Source of the DNA: a virus
Lineage: Duplodnaviria > Heunggongvirae > Uroviricota > Caudoviricetes
Strand: one strand, 5' to 3'
DNA: 64,000 bases
Virus record (IMG/VR): IMGVR_UViG_3300045988_154391
Positions 12,701-21,482 of this stretch are shown here, in pieces. The notes under the pieces were generated by a model. It saw only the letters and a list, made by a program, of their open reading frames with translations. It was not told the DNA's origin and did no database searches. A program made the position numbers and the translations under genes. Numbering within the stretch: the first letter of the stretch is position 1; every line of letters starts with the position of its first letter.

Positions 12701-15700
12701 AATACGCCCGCATTCCGCTACGTGATGACACCGTAGATGAGCATGCACAAGACATGCTTTATGACTTCGTTGCCGCCGGGCGCGTAGCCAGCGCAATGGA
12801 TTCCGACTCCCATCGTAAAGAGGCGGCGCGTCGCCGGGTATTGTCGGAGTATTCAGATACCGGTACCGAAAAAGCAGAGAAATATCCGTACTTTGAGGAT
12901 ATGGGCTTCGATAGTGTGATCGCCGACGAAGGCCACAACTACCGCAATAGCTATAAAAATGGTCGCGAAGCGTCACAACTGGCCTATCTGCCCACCAGCG
13001 CGGTGGCGCAATCGGCGCGGGATATGGCAATCAAAAACGCGTACCTGATGAAAAAGAATGGCGGGCGCGGGCCGGTTCTCCTGACTGCAACGCCAGTCGT
13101 TAACACCCCGATCGATGCATACAACATGCTTTCTCATGTTCTGCCGAAGGAATACTGGCAGAAGATGGGGATCTACGGTCCTGATGACTTCGTTAAATTC
13201 TTCGGCAAGACCAGGCTGGAAACGGTACAGAAAATCAGCGGTGAAGTTGAAGAAAAAATGGCGCTGGTGGGCTTTGAAAACCTTGATGCGCTGCGCGGTA
13301 TATTCCATCGCTGGGTAACGCTTAAAACGGCGGAAGACGTTAAGGATACCGTGGAGATCCCGGAGCTGGACGAACACCAGCAGGATGCACCACTTACTGA
13401 AGAACAACTGGCGGCGTATGAAGAATTGCGTCAGCAGGCGGAAGCGGCGGCCAAAGCCAACAATGGCGTAACGACCTCGGTCAATGAAGACGGCGTGATT
13501 GAGCACGAGAAAGCCCGTCCGATCTTCTCAATAATCAGGGATATGGACCGCGTATGTACTGACATGGACCTGTACTATCGCCGGATCACCTATCGTTTCC
13601 TGCCGGAGTACGCCGATGCGGTGCAGCAGCTGGCGGACAGTTTGCCTAAACAAGCCACCAGCGAAGACGACGACAGTGATGATTCAATCACGCAGCAATC
13701 GCAATACTCCCTGATAGATAAGGGCGAGTTTATTCAGTTGCAGGTTCCGGAAGCGTTCGAGCAGGAAGTGAATAAGCGCCTGGCCAGGTTTGGCATTGAC
13801 GAACAGACCGTAACTCACCCCGTTACGCCGAAATACGCGAAGCTGATCGCCACGCTGAAGGAGTTTTTCCCGGAAGGTAAGCAAATCATCTTCACCGATG
13901 AAAAAACGCAGCACCAGAAGCTCAAGCGCATTATCTGCAATGCTCTAAACCTTGAACCTTCAAAGGTGGGGATCCTGAATGCTCAGACGGTTGCCGAGGC
14001 AGGTAAAACCGGTAAGAAACTGAAAGCGGTTAAACCGCCGAAAGAGCTACCGGATGAACCAACAGATGCACAGATAGCGAAATACAACGAGCAAATGGCT
14101 CTGTATGACGCCTATATCGCGCAGCAAAATGAAATGTCGTTGGGCGGTCTGGAAAAGATTGCAGCCGACTTCCAGGAGGGCCGGACTCCGATCATCATCT
14201 GCAACAAAAAGGCAGAGGTGGGTATCAACCTGCATCGAGGAACGACTGACATCCATCATCTGACGTTGCCATGGACACCAGCCAGTATCGCACAGCGTAA
14301 CGGTCGCGGTGCCCGAGTTGGTTCCAACCGTGCAAGCGTTCGCGTTCACTACTACTGCGGCAAGGGTTCTTTCGATGAATACCGACTGAAGACGCTGAAG
14401 CGTAAAGCAGGCTGGATCTCCGATATCCTCCGCTCAGATAAGTCTGAAATGGAGAACGCCGACGCCAACGATATGATCGAAATGCAGATGTATACCGCTA
14501 AGGATGATGGCGAACGTCTGGCAATGATGCAGGTTCAAATGGATAAGGCGAAAGCCGCGCAACGCGCTCGCCAGAAAGAACAGGCTACTATCGACCTTCA
14601 GAACTACATCAAGGCGCAGCACGCAGCTGGCGAGGATGTGGAGGTACTTACCGCTGAATTAGAGCGAAGCAAAGCGGAACTTGAAAAGACCACCGCCGAG
14701 GTAGCTAAATTCAAACAGGCGGTAATGGCCAAAGCAGCTGATAACGCAGACTGGAAGGCCCGCTGGGGGAGCGTCCATCACACAGACCGTATGTTGTTAG
14801 CACAGTATCGCGCGTCGTTGAAAAACGCCATTCAGCGCAAGGCTAATATCTCTCAAGCCATCTCCCGCTATGAGAAATTATTGAACCGTACTCAGAAGGC
14901 CGCGACGGATATCAAACGCCTGCGCCCGCTGGTGGAGGATGCAATAAATAAAGGCATTCTGGATGTTGATCCTGACCTGGTTAACCATGCGAGTGAGTTC
15001 CTTGTTATCGGCGATCGCTCATGGCGTGTAGGCCAATACTACGATTGTGCCGGTGATATCGTTCGCATTAAGTCGCTGGACTTCGACAGCCAGCGCGCAG
15101 ACGTGGAGATCATCTTTACCTTCAAAGGCACCAAATCGGGTAACTGGGATGTGAAGACGCTGGATAAACAGGTTGATGTAACTCCCGATGAAGATGCTGT
15201 TATGCAGAAAATCAGTGGTGGCGTCTCCATCGCCGGGATTAACGACATCATTTCCTGTGACGATTTCTACCGTTTCCAGCAGCGCGGCATGATCAAAATA
15301 ACTGACTCGTACGGCGTTCAGACTACAGAGTCAGGCTATAGCATTGATTTTGTTGGTACCTATACGGACCCACTGAAGCATGCGGTTTACCCGGATCGCC
15401 GTGACGGCGCGCTGAAGTCGTCAATTGCAAAATGGGTGCTTGGTATGATGTCGGAAGGGAATAACCGCCAGGTCCGTTTGGCAGAAGTATTCCTGACTGA
15501 ACTGTTTGGCTCCAATTATGGCGATGTAATCGCGTCATACGGAGATACGCTATCCCCTGAAGCAATTCAGGAGAAAATAGCGGATGCGATCGCCAGAATG
15601 CCGGAGAAAACAAGCCAGGGGGCTACTCGTAACGGGGATTCTGAACTTGAGGTCACCAATGCCATTTTCGGTACCCATGAGTTCCGGGCGTCAGATTATG

Positions 15701-16539
15701 AGATCACCACAGCACAGTTTGGCACCATTGGCATTTACAGCAATAAAGACGAGATCAAGCAGGCAATGGACGCAGCAAGCGCGCGCATTGCAGCAGAACG
15801 GAAAGCCAATCTGAATCATGCAGTCGCCGCGCTGACTCAATCGTGGGTAACAGCAATCAGGGAGGCCGCCACCACAGGGAAAATCACACCGGCAATTGCG
15901 GATGTCGTAAACGACGGCTCTAAATTTATGGATGCCTATCAAATGGATGCGGTGCAGTTGCCATCAGCCTATGGGCAACTCAGCTATCGCATGACCTACA
16001 ACCTGGTATCAATGTTTACCGACCTTGCCATCCTTGGGCTGGTGGACCTTAACGAGGTTACGCCGGAATTACTCAGCATGCGCAAGAATCATGTTGAGAT
16101 ATTGCAGAGAATTAACACGGTTCTTGCCGGGCGCACCGATGAAGAGAAACAGGCCGACGCTGATCGGATAAACCTGGCCCTAGGCAACATCACGGAGGAA
16201 GAAATTGCCGCCAGAAACGAGAAACAAGAAGAGTTATCATCAATACAGGGTGATGCCACCAGCATAGCTCAGTCTCTTGGGCTGAATTATCGCGTATCCA
16301 CCGCCGACCTGAAGATGATGTACGCACCAAAATTCGCCGCTGGCGAGGTATTTGGGCTTCAGGAAGCCTCCGGCATGAAAGGGGTTCTTTTCCGTGCGAA
16401 AGACGCAATCAAGGCGAAATTCGGCGCTCGCTGGTTGCCAGCGAAGGCGAAGAACAGCGACTTCCCAGGTAACTGGTGGATTATCGAGACAAAACACAAC
16501 GTGGCGGACGTTCTGGCCGTCATCCAACAATACGCATAA
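9772..16539 (+). CDS. darB: DarB-like polyvalent antirestriction protein (methyltransferase + helicase), 2255 aa
   Basis: N-terminal MTase-like motif (NVPFGG), Walker A (GFGTGLGKT), DEGH box (ADEGHNYRN) and helicase-C region; size matches P1 DarB. Confidence 0.85.
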   Translation: MNKLSMGVFRCSSVSEILKYIRAITSHRAPIRYGVEKVEGKSYDRLRREANQKAIDLLNSLADGATLTDEQRQILAGYTGEGGIGGSVSEYYTPKPIAEGVWEIMKLYGADVGNTLEPSAGTGVFNETKPVGTVMTATEISSVSGRINQLLHPEDSVQISPFEQLAISTPNDSFDHVVANVPFGGRDNTRNIDKPYAEETDMGSYFMLRMLDKIKPGGFMCVIVPPSIVSGSNMKRLRLRLSRKAEFLGAHRLPTGTFDANGTSTVVDVVLMRKHPAEMAEKIPLVDEGTLESANVLWPTFISGKWFEKDGRRFVHGTQEKGFQGRIEVRADGQIDNQALKAKLIHRFESRIDWSLLDMAEPSPTADVVGEGEMRLINGVWQKYAGGRWIEADAGKELKIDAASYGADSWEALQRNLTTTEGRLGMTFTQMANVRDKYTTSISDDMVQLVDWINSQPEKYRERLYRGAMIGRMLIEYQDMKAAGHSAEQIEQQRLSLVSRLQAEIDRFGNPGRGPIAKLSGSGARAWFAFRGAIKLDGTISDELTGKLVTHDSSASYDSTSYQDTLRYLYSDLTRDPIQLDDFRLAFTGELPASDEELLNLLASTPGIAVSPYGGIVPFARATSGDINEIVAPKQEFLATLPDGPVKNNVLNQLAAIEEKRIKTPAENIRFKLNSRWFDRSVILEFLQENGYPDLRYVQSVQLEGDEMVSDTYHGGDGLFVGHRYGVVQRKDKETGEIRYEWDRKSGENATGFPAQLEKYLNGARIGGKDSATANGYREQMALLEDQFNKWIKTHDRYDELVAKYNDVFNSNIPYEHSGDPLGLKGLSGKRQPFDYQNSEVRRLSEDGRGILGFGTGLGKTTTALALEAFNYENGRSTRTAYVVPKSVLENWYYEAKEFLSEEAFSNYLFVGLDVLMDGDQIRQVQVLDENGKPVLGTDGTPVMRDALKLADEATITARMNAIPHSNYRAVVFTKEQYARIPLRDDTVDEHAQDMLYDFVAAGRVASAMDSDSHRKEAARRRVLSEYSDTGTEKAEKYPYFEDMGFDSVIADEGHNYRNSYKNGREASQLAYLPTSAVAQSARDMAIKNAYLMKKNGGRGPVLLTATPVVNTPIDAYNMLSHVLPKEYWQKMGIYGPDDFVKFFGKTRLETVQKISGEVEEKMALVGFENLDALRGIFHRWVTLKTAEDVKDTVEIPELDEHQQDAPLTEEQLAAYEELRQQAEAAAKANNGVTTSVNEDGVIEHEKARPIFSIIRDMDRVCTDMDLYYRRITYRFLPEYADAVQQLADSLPKQATSEDDDSDDSITQQSQYSLIDKGEFIQLQVPEAFEQEVNKRLARFGIDEQTVTHPVTPKYAKLIATLKEFFPEGKQIIFTDEKTQHQKLKRIICNALNLEPSKVGILNAQTVAEAGKTGKKLKAVKPPKELPDEPTDAQIAKYNEQMALYDAYIAQQNEMSLGGLEKIAADFQEGRTPIIICNKKAEVGINLHRGTTDIHHLTLPWTPASIAQRNGRGARVGSNRASVRVHYYCGKGSFDEYRLKTLKRKAGWISDILRSDKSEMENADANDMIEMQMYTAKDDGERLAMMQVQMDKAKAAQRARQKEQATIDLQNYIKAQHAAGEDVEVLTAELERSKAELEKTTAEVAKFKQAVMAKAADNADWKARWGSVHHTDRMLLAQYRASLKNAIQRKANISQAISRYEKLLNRTQKAATDIKRLRPLVEDAINKGILDVDPDLVNHASEFLVIGDRSWRVGQYYDCAGDIVRIKSLDFDSQRADVEIIFTFKGTKSGNWDVKTLDKQVDVTPDEDAVMQKISGGVSIAGINDIISCDDFYRFQQRGMIKITDSYGVQTTESGYSIDFVGTYTDPLKHAVYPDRRDGALKSSIAKWVLGMMSEGNNRQVRLAEVFLTELFGSNYGDVIASYGDTLSPEAIQEKIADAIARMPEKTSQGATRNGDSELEVTNAIFGTHEFRASDYEITTAQFGTIGIYSNKDEIKQAMDAASARIAAERKANLNHAVAALTQSWVTAIREAATTGKITPAIADVVNDGSKFMDAYQMDAVQLPSAYGQLSYRMTYNLVSMFTDLAILGLVDLNEVTPELLSMRKNHVEILQRINTVLAGRTDEEKQADADRINLALGNITEEEIAARNEKQEELSSIQGDATSIAQSLGLNYRVSTADLKMMYAPKFAAGEVFGLQEASGMKGVLFRAKDAIKAKFGARWLPAKAKNSDFPGNWWIIETKHNVADVLAVIQQYA

Positions 16540-16572
16540 CAGGAGCGCCCGGTTCGCCGGGCGTCGCATAAT

Positions 16573-17013
16573 ATGGCCACACTATCTGATACAATAAAAC
16601 CGAATAAAACATATCTTGAGGCGGTACTCCGTACAGCGTTGTTAGGAAAGACAGAAGACGAATACGTTGATTTCTTCCTGTCAGGGCTACGCGGGCGATT
16701 ACTGAAAAATCCCCGCCTGTACCGCAGCTATGGTCCATACTGGCCGGAAATTAAAAAATTATTACTGGAGCGCGGTTATGGTAATTTCGGTCGTCTCGTT
16801 GACCGTGACGTTCGCAAAATTTACCGTTATGACCGCCCGGCGCTAACACTCATAGCCGCGACGCTCTACAGCCAGGAGCGTTTTGATAATGGTCAGATAT
16901 ACTCAGCCTGGCATTTACTGCCAGTGCCTGAAGAAGTTGACGACCAGGACTATGAGTTTGAGTCTTACGATTTGGAAGTTGAAGCCTTGGCACAGGCTGG
17001 AGAGAAAACTTGA
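16573..17013 (+). CDS. ulx: Ulx-like protein downstream of darB
   Basis: 146-aa ORF in the position of P1 ulx; identification by synteny only. Confidence 0.55.
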   Translation: MATLSDTIKPNKTYLEAVLRTALLGKTEDEYVDFFLSGLRGRLLKNPRLYRSYGPYWPEIKKLLLERGYGNFGRLVDRDVRKIYRYDRPALTLIAATLYSQERFDNGQIYSAWHLLPVPEEVDDQDYEFESYDLEVEALAQAGEKT

Positions 17014-17258
17014 AAAAGCGATACTACACAGTAAAGCATGGGACGCTACGAGCATTACAAGAGTTTGCTGACAAGCATAACGTTGAGGTGCGCAGGGAAG
17101 GGGGAAGTAAAGCTCTGCGCATGTACCGCCCGGACGGGAAATGGCGGACGGTCGTCGATTTCAAAACTAACAGTGTTCCCCAAGGTGTCCGCGATCGGGC
17201 ATTCGAAGAATGGGAGCAGATCATCATAGATAACGCATTGCTCCTGAATGCTGATTAA
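17010..17258 (+). CDS. lxc: Lxc/Bof-like C1 co-repressor (82 aa)
   Basis: 82-aa ORF with TTG start overlapping the ulx stop; size and position match P1 lxc (bof). Confidence 0.6.
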   Translation: MKKRYYTVKHGTLRALQEFADKHNVEVRREGGSKALRMYRPDGKWRTVVDFKTNSVPQGVRDRAFEEWEQIIIDNALLLNAD

Positions 17259-17297
17259 ACTTTCCGCCCTTTTGCCCGGTCTATCGCCGGGCATCTT

Positions 17298-17939
17298 TCA
17301 GAGATAATTACCTTTACCCGTCAATTCCCCTTGTGGTACTTGTTTTTGCGCCAGTGTTTGGGTTCCGCGAATTATGTTAATCAGAGGGCTTAGTAACGAT
17401 GGTTCCTGGCGTGCCTCAACTTCTCCAGCCATTGCCCTGATGTAGTCGGCGCTGGCAACGTTGTTGTATTCCGTCGCAAAGCAACATAGTAACGTCAGAA
17501 CATGCTCTGTCGTTATTTCGCTCCAGTTGATGTTGAAAAATTCATCGCCTTTTTTATCGTGTTCGGAATCGAAGATGCTTTGGTGGAGGATGTATTTGCC
17601 GGATTCCTTGCGCGGTAACTTGATTGCTTTCTGGCGTTCCAGCTCCTTATAAATCTGCATTGCCTCAATTAGTACCGGCCTGCCGTTCATGAAGGGATCG
17701 CGCAACCTTACACGCTGGCCAACTCGACCAGTAATAAAGCTGTTTTCCTCTTCCACCAGCACGATAAACCCCTTTTCCTCTTTTTCTCGCAATTCGCGCA
17801 GCAGATGGAGTTCCATATCGCGGCGGCGTTCAGGGTAGCTGGTCCGCTCAGCCATTATCAGCTCGTTATTGATCCATGCAGCAGTCATTGACGCCGGTTT
17901 GCCGACGCTCATCGAAACAACGCATATTTTCTTATCCAT
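17298..17939 (-). CDS. mat: Mat-like protein
   Basis: ATG at 17939 preceded by AGGGGG (track ORF extends to 18086); lies between ref and lxc as P1 mat does. By synteny only. Confidence 0.45.
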   Translation of the reverse strand: MDKKICVVSMSVGKPASMTAAWINNELIMAERTSYPERRRDMELHLLRELREKEEKGFIVLVEEENSFITGRVGQRVRLRDPFMNGRPVLIEAMQIYKELERQKAIKLPRKESGKYILHQSIFDSEHDKKGDEFFNINWSEITTEHVLTLLCCFATEYNNVASADYIRAMAGEVEARQEPSLLSPLINIIRGTQTLAQKQVPQGELTGKGNYL

Positions 17940-18128
17940 AGCGCCCCCTACAAAAAAGAAAAGCCACCAGCGGCGGCTTAGCAATACAACAGAAGGTAGC
18001 GCCCGGTACTCAGACTGTGCCGTCCATGGAATATTTGAAAAGGGATCCATCCGTACCGGGCGTGTGATGATTCTGACTGAAGTCACTTGTCAGTTGTCAA
18101 TCATTTATCATTAAAAATAATATATTTA

Positions 18129-18689
18129 TTAGTGCATGATGTTTGCCATCTCATAGGCGTCAGCCAGTAACTCCATCTCTGACTTGTTCAGCAGGGTGAA
18201 TTCTTTCTTGCCTCCAACCACACCATCGGCATGAACAGGGACCAGCCAGGGGTATTTTGCTCTTACTTCAGCCGGTGCTGCATGCTGGTGGTGCCATCTA
18301 CAAAGTGGCAATTGCTTTTTATGACAACCCGGCGCGGTACGACCGGCGATATGGTGCAGAGACACCTCATTAGATATTACTCCATGCATATAGCAGGCAA
18401 TGCAGGGGAGAGCGCCAAGAGCATTGGCGATGCGCCGTTCCTCCGCCGTTGGTGTTCTCCCCTTCAAGCCACGAGATTTTATTTTTACCGCGCTTTTCCG
18501 CGTTTTGCTGGCTGGTGGGCGCTCTTTCTGTTTAGCGATACGGCGGTCGATAGTATCCCGCATTTTCTGATATTGAGATTCTCGCCAGACCGGATCAGCC
18601 AACTTTTCCCGTTGCCGAGCGATCGCTCGTTCTCTGGCTGCCTTCTGCCACTTGCGGCACTGTTCAATTTTTTGTTCGATTGTTTTCAT
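18129..18689 (-). CDS. ref: Ref, recombination enhancement function (HNH endonuclease)
   Basis: 186-aa protein with HNH-type Cys/His motifs (CIACYMHG ... HH ... CRWHH); size and sequence match P1 Ref. Confidence 0.85.
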   Translation of the reverse strand: MKTIEQKIEQCRKWQKAARERAIARQREKLADPVWRESQYQKMRDTIDRRIAKQKERPPASKTRKSAVKIKSRGLKGRTPTAEERRIANALGALPCIACYMHGVISNEVSLHHIAGRTAPGCHKKQLPLCRWHHQHAAPAEVRAKYPWLVPVHADGVVGGKKEFTLLNKSEMELLADAYEMANIMH

Positions 18690-18695
18690 ATGGTC

Positions 18696-18721
18696 AAAAA
18701 AAAGGCGGCCTAATGGCCGCC
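18696..18721 (-). terminator. Terminator-like hairpin plus U8 in the ref leader
   Basis: Minus strand reads GGCGGCC-AUUA-GGCCGCC-UUUUUUUU, ending 6 nt before the ref ATG, downstream of the Op2-like operators. Confidence 0.45.
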
Positions 18722-18774
18722 TATGATGTCAAGGAGTTAAGTAATGGCACGTCTTCGTAGTTGACAAAAACTGC

Positions 18775-18804
18775 GGCTCAATTATAGCAATAAATTAGAG
18801 CAAT
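18775..18804 (-). promoter_or_regulatory. Overlapping C1 operators upstream of ref (Op2a/Op2b-like)
   Basis: Two overlapping cores ATTATAGCAAT (18781-18791) and ATTAGAGCAAT (18794-18804), about 90-110 nt upstream of ref. Confidence 0.7.
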
Positions 18805-18911
18805 TGTAGACATTTCATTTATCGATAATCACATTTTTTCTCTTCAGTGCCTGTGTGCTATACTCCTTCTTGATTGATTGGATGCGGAATACAAACCCGC
18901 TCTTTTGTGCA

Positions 18912-18938
18912 GCCTGGCTCCTTGCCAGGCTTTTTTTT
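18912..18938 (+). terminator. Plus-strand intrinsic terminator at the cra-like gene 3' end
   Basis: Stem GCCTGGC/GCCAGGC with loop TCCTT, followed by T8. Confidence 0.5.
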
Positions 18939-19248
18939 ATTTCATCATGGAAGCTGTTAACGCTTTGGACCTTGCTGAACTGATTGAAAGGGCATTGTTT
19001 ACCTTACCCAGGAGTTCGCCAAATTCCCCCATCACTCTAGTAAGCCCGCGCCGCGCTTCCTCCTCCGTTGCATTCATCACAAAATGTTCAGCACTCCGCA
19101 TGCTTTTAACGGGGAACGCAACAGATATCGAGTCGATATCAGGCATCCTATCGCTCAACTTTACGGTGACAATGACAGATGGTGACTGAATTTGAGAGCT
19201 TACAGACAGCACCACATATTTTCCGTCTATTTTGAATTCCTTCCGCAT
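18937..19248 (-). CDS. cra: Cra-like small protein downstream of cre
   Basis: 103-aa ORF 50 nt after the cre stop on the same strand, the position of P1 cra. Confidence 0.45.
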   Translation of the reverse strand: MRKEFKIDGKYVVLSVSSQIQSPSVIVTVKLSDRMPDIDSISVAFPVKSMRSAEHFVMNATEEEARRGLTRVMGEFGELLGKVNNALSISSARSKALTASMMK

Positions 19249-19264
19249 GTGTCACCATAAATAT

Positions 19265-19281
19265 CAAATAATTAGAGCAAT
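19265..19281 (-). promoter_or_regulatory. Degenerate C1-operator-like site between cre and cra-like gene
   Basis: CAAATAATTAGAGCAAT; ATTAGAGCAAT core conserved, three mismatches in the AT-rich arm. Confidence 0.4.
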
Positions 19282-19298
19282 CAAGCGCAAATGAACGG

Positions 19299-20330
19299 CT
19301 AATCGCCATCTTCCAGCAGGCGCACCATTGCCCCCGTTTCACTATCCAGATTACGGATATAGTTCATGACAATATTTACGTTGGTCCAGCCACCAGCTTG
19401 CATGATCTCCGGTATTGAAACTCCGGCGCGGGCCATATCTCGCGCGGCTCCGACACGGGCACTGTGTCCAGACCAAGCCAGGTACCTCTGGCCAGAGTCA
19501 TCCTTAGCCCCGTAAATCAATCGGTGAGTTGCTTCAAAAATCCCTTCCAGGGCGCGAGTTGATAGCTGGCTGGTGGATGATGGCGAGGCAACACCATTTT
19601 TTCTGACCCGGCAAAACAAGTAGTTATTCGGATCATCAGCCACACCAGAGACAGAAATCCATCGCTCGACCAGTTTAGTTACCCCCAGGCTAAGCGCCTT
19701 CTCTACACCTGCGGTGCTAACCAGCGTTTTCGTTCTGCCAATATGGATTAACATTCTCCCACCGTCAGTACGTGAGATATCTTTAACCCTGATCCTGGCA
19801 ATTTCGGCTATACGTAACAGGGTGTTATAAGCAATCCCCAGAAATGCCAGATTACGTATATCCTGGCAGCGATCGCTATTTTCCATGAGTGAACGAACCT
19901 GGTCGAAATCAGTGCGTTCGAACGCTAGTGCCTGTTTTGCACGTTCACCGGCATCAACGTTTTCTTTTCGGATCCGCCGCATGACCAGTGAAACAGCATT
20001 GCTGTCACTTGGTCGTGGCAGCCCGGACCGACGATGAAGCATGTTTAGCTGGCCCAAATGTTGCTGGATAGTTTTTACTGCCAGACCGCGCGCCTGAAGA
20101 TATAGAAGATAATCGCGAACATCTTCAGGTTCTGCGGGAAACCATTTCCGGTTATTCAACTTGCACCATGCCGCCCATGACCGGCAAACGGACAGAAGCA
20201 TTTTCCAGGTATGCTCAGAAAACGCCTGGCGATCCCTGAACATGTCCATCAGGTTCTTGCGAACCTCATCACTCGTTGCATCGACCGGTAATGCAGGCAA
20301 ATTTTGGTGTACGGTCAGTAAATTGGACAT
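19299..20330 (-). CDS. cre: Cre tyrosine recombinase
   Basis: 343-aa protein starting MSNLLTVHQNLPALPVDATSDEVRKNLMDMFRDRQAFSEHTWKMLLSVCRSWAAWCKLNNRKWFPAEPEDVRDYLLYLQARGL, essentially the P1 Cre sequence; loxP about 415 bp upstream. Confidence 0.97.
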   Translation of the reverse strand: MSNLLTVHQNLPALPVDATSDEVRKNLMDMFRDRQAFSEHTWKMLLSVCRSWAAWCKLNNRKWFPAEPEDVRDYLLYLQARGLAVKTIQQHLGQLNMLHRRSGLPRPSDSNAVSLVMRRIRKENVDAGERAKQALAFERTDFDQVRSLMENSDRCQDIRNLAFLGIAYNTLLRIAEIARIRVKDISRTDGGRMLIHIGRTKTLVSTAGVEKALSLGVTKLVERWISVSGVADDPNNYLFCRVRKNGVASPSSTSQLSTRALEGIFEATHRLIYGAKDDSGQRYLAWSGHSARVGAARDMARAGVSIPEIMQAGGWTNVNIVMNYIRNLDSETGAMVRLLEDGD

Positions 20331-20558
20331 TTAACACTCAGATAATGGTTTAAGTAAAGTGTACAGGATCGGCTCTGCCTTTACCTGTTTATGATTCTCG
20401 TCATAGAAACGCCAGCGACCGCGCGTGCGTTCTATTTTCTCTTCACCGCGCGATAATGACAGTTGACAACTATCACGATCAAACCCTTTTGCCCGCCAGT
20501 AACCACGGTTTTTCTCAAGCTCAAGATGAGTGGACACTTTAGCAGCTGAATATCCCAT
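20331..20558 (-). CDS. Small basic ORF (75 aa) immediately upstream of cre
   Basis: Stop TAA directly abuts the cre ATG; start preceded by GAGGTG and the recurrent CCAATCAATCA motif. May instead be non-coding cre promoter region. Confidence 0.3.
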   Translation of the reverse strand: MGYSAAKVSTHLELEKNRGYWRAKGFDRDSCQLSLSRGEEKIERTRGRWRFYDENHKQVKAEPILYTLLKPLSEC

Positions 20559-20747
20559 TTTTCACCTCTGATTGATTGGTGGTGCTAAGTGCGCTACGCG
20601 AAATCTGGAGCACTAACACTGCCAACATTTCGCAGATTTTACGTAGCGCAACCTTGATCAAATGATCAAGTGATCACTATTTGACCTGATAAGGTATTGA
20701 ACTGTATGGATTTACAGGTAAATTGATCATGTTCAATAACCCTTAAG

Positions 20748-20781
20748 ATAACTTCGTATAATGTATGCTATACGAAGTTAT
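20748..20781. other. loxP: loxP recombination site
   Basis: Exact 34-bp ATAACTTCGTATA-ATGTATGC-TATACGAAGTTAT. Confidence 0.97.
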
Positions 20782-20824
20782 TAGGTCTGAAGAGGAGTTT
20801 ACGTCCAGCTGCGCATAAAAATCA

Positions 20825-20841
20825 AGAATTATTAGAGCAAT
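20825..20841 (-). promoter_or_regulatory. C1 operator (Op99 cluster-like) between loxP and coi
   Basis: AGAATTATTAGAGCAAT, two mismatches to the operator reverse complement. Confidence 0.65.
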
Positions 20842-20907
20842 AAATTTTGAGAGAAAAATCCCACTCCACCAGCCAAAAACTGGATTGTTTTTCATAGTTG
20901 TTTGACA

Positions 20908-20924
20908 ATTGCTCTAATAAATTA
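20908..20924 (+). promoter_or_regulatory. C1 operator (Op99 cluster-like), inverted partner of 20825-20841
   Basis: ATTGCTCTAATAAATTA, one mismatch to consensus. Confidence 0.75.
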
Positions 20925-21162
20925 TAGTTTTGCCGCCGTTACGTAATACGACTTTGGATTCACTATTTAATGTGTCTTCAGCGTTGTAGAGCGGCTCAGA
21001 AGGAAATGAGCAAACAGGGAAACCTTATACAACGGCATTACAGCTATGCATTGCTCATCTTACACACAGCGCAATGTTGTTAGATTACCCCAGCATGGAT
21101 CATGGGTGAAACAGTAGGTCAGAGCTTCAGGCTCTGTGTTGTCAATACAGTGAGGCATAATT

Positions 21163-21372
21163 ATGGCTTTCATTCAACCAACCATCGACGACGTTAGACA
21201 TTGCTCTAACGCTTTATCTGTAGACCCTGCCGAAACCGACGCTGCCCGCGCCATTGCTGAACACTACTCAAAGATATCCAATCAGGAGTACCGCATCACC
21301 CAAGACGACCTGGATGACCTCACTGACACAATCGAATATCTCATGGCAACTAACCAGTTAGACTCACAATAA
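21163..21372 (+). CDS. coi: Coi, C1 inactivator
   Basis: 69-aa ORF directly upstream of c1 on the same strand, as in P1 immC. Confidence 0.85.
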   Translation: MAFIQPTIDDVRHCSNALSVDPAETDAARAIAEHYSKISNQEYRITQDDLDDLTDTIEYLMATNQLDSQ

Positions 21373-21482
21373 ATGCACTAATAAATCTATTATTTTTGTT
21401 TGATCCCTCTATAATATAGGTCAGTAATGACCGGTTTTCTCAGCCGGGCGTTATTGACCATGTCAATTCTGGAGGAGGATCA

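Noticed and set aside
12689-13506. Minus-strand ORFs of 113 and 177 aa inside darB
   Set aside because: Antisense to a gene with strong conserved helicase motifs; no start signals.
21049-21061. Possible additional C1 operator (ATTGCTCATCT) upstream of coi
   Set aside because: Only the first seven bases match; the AT-rich arm is absent.
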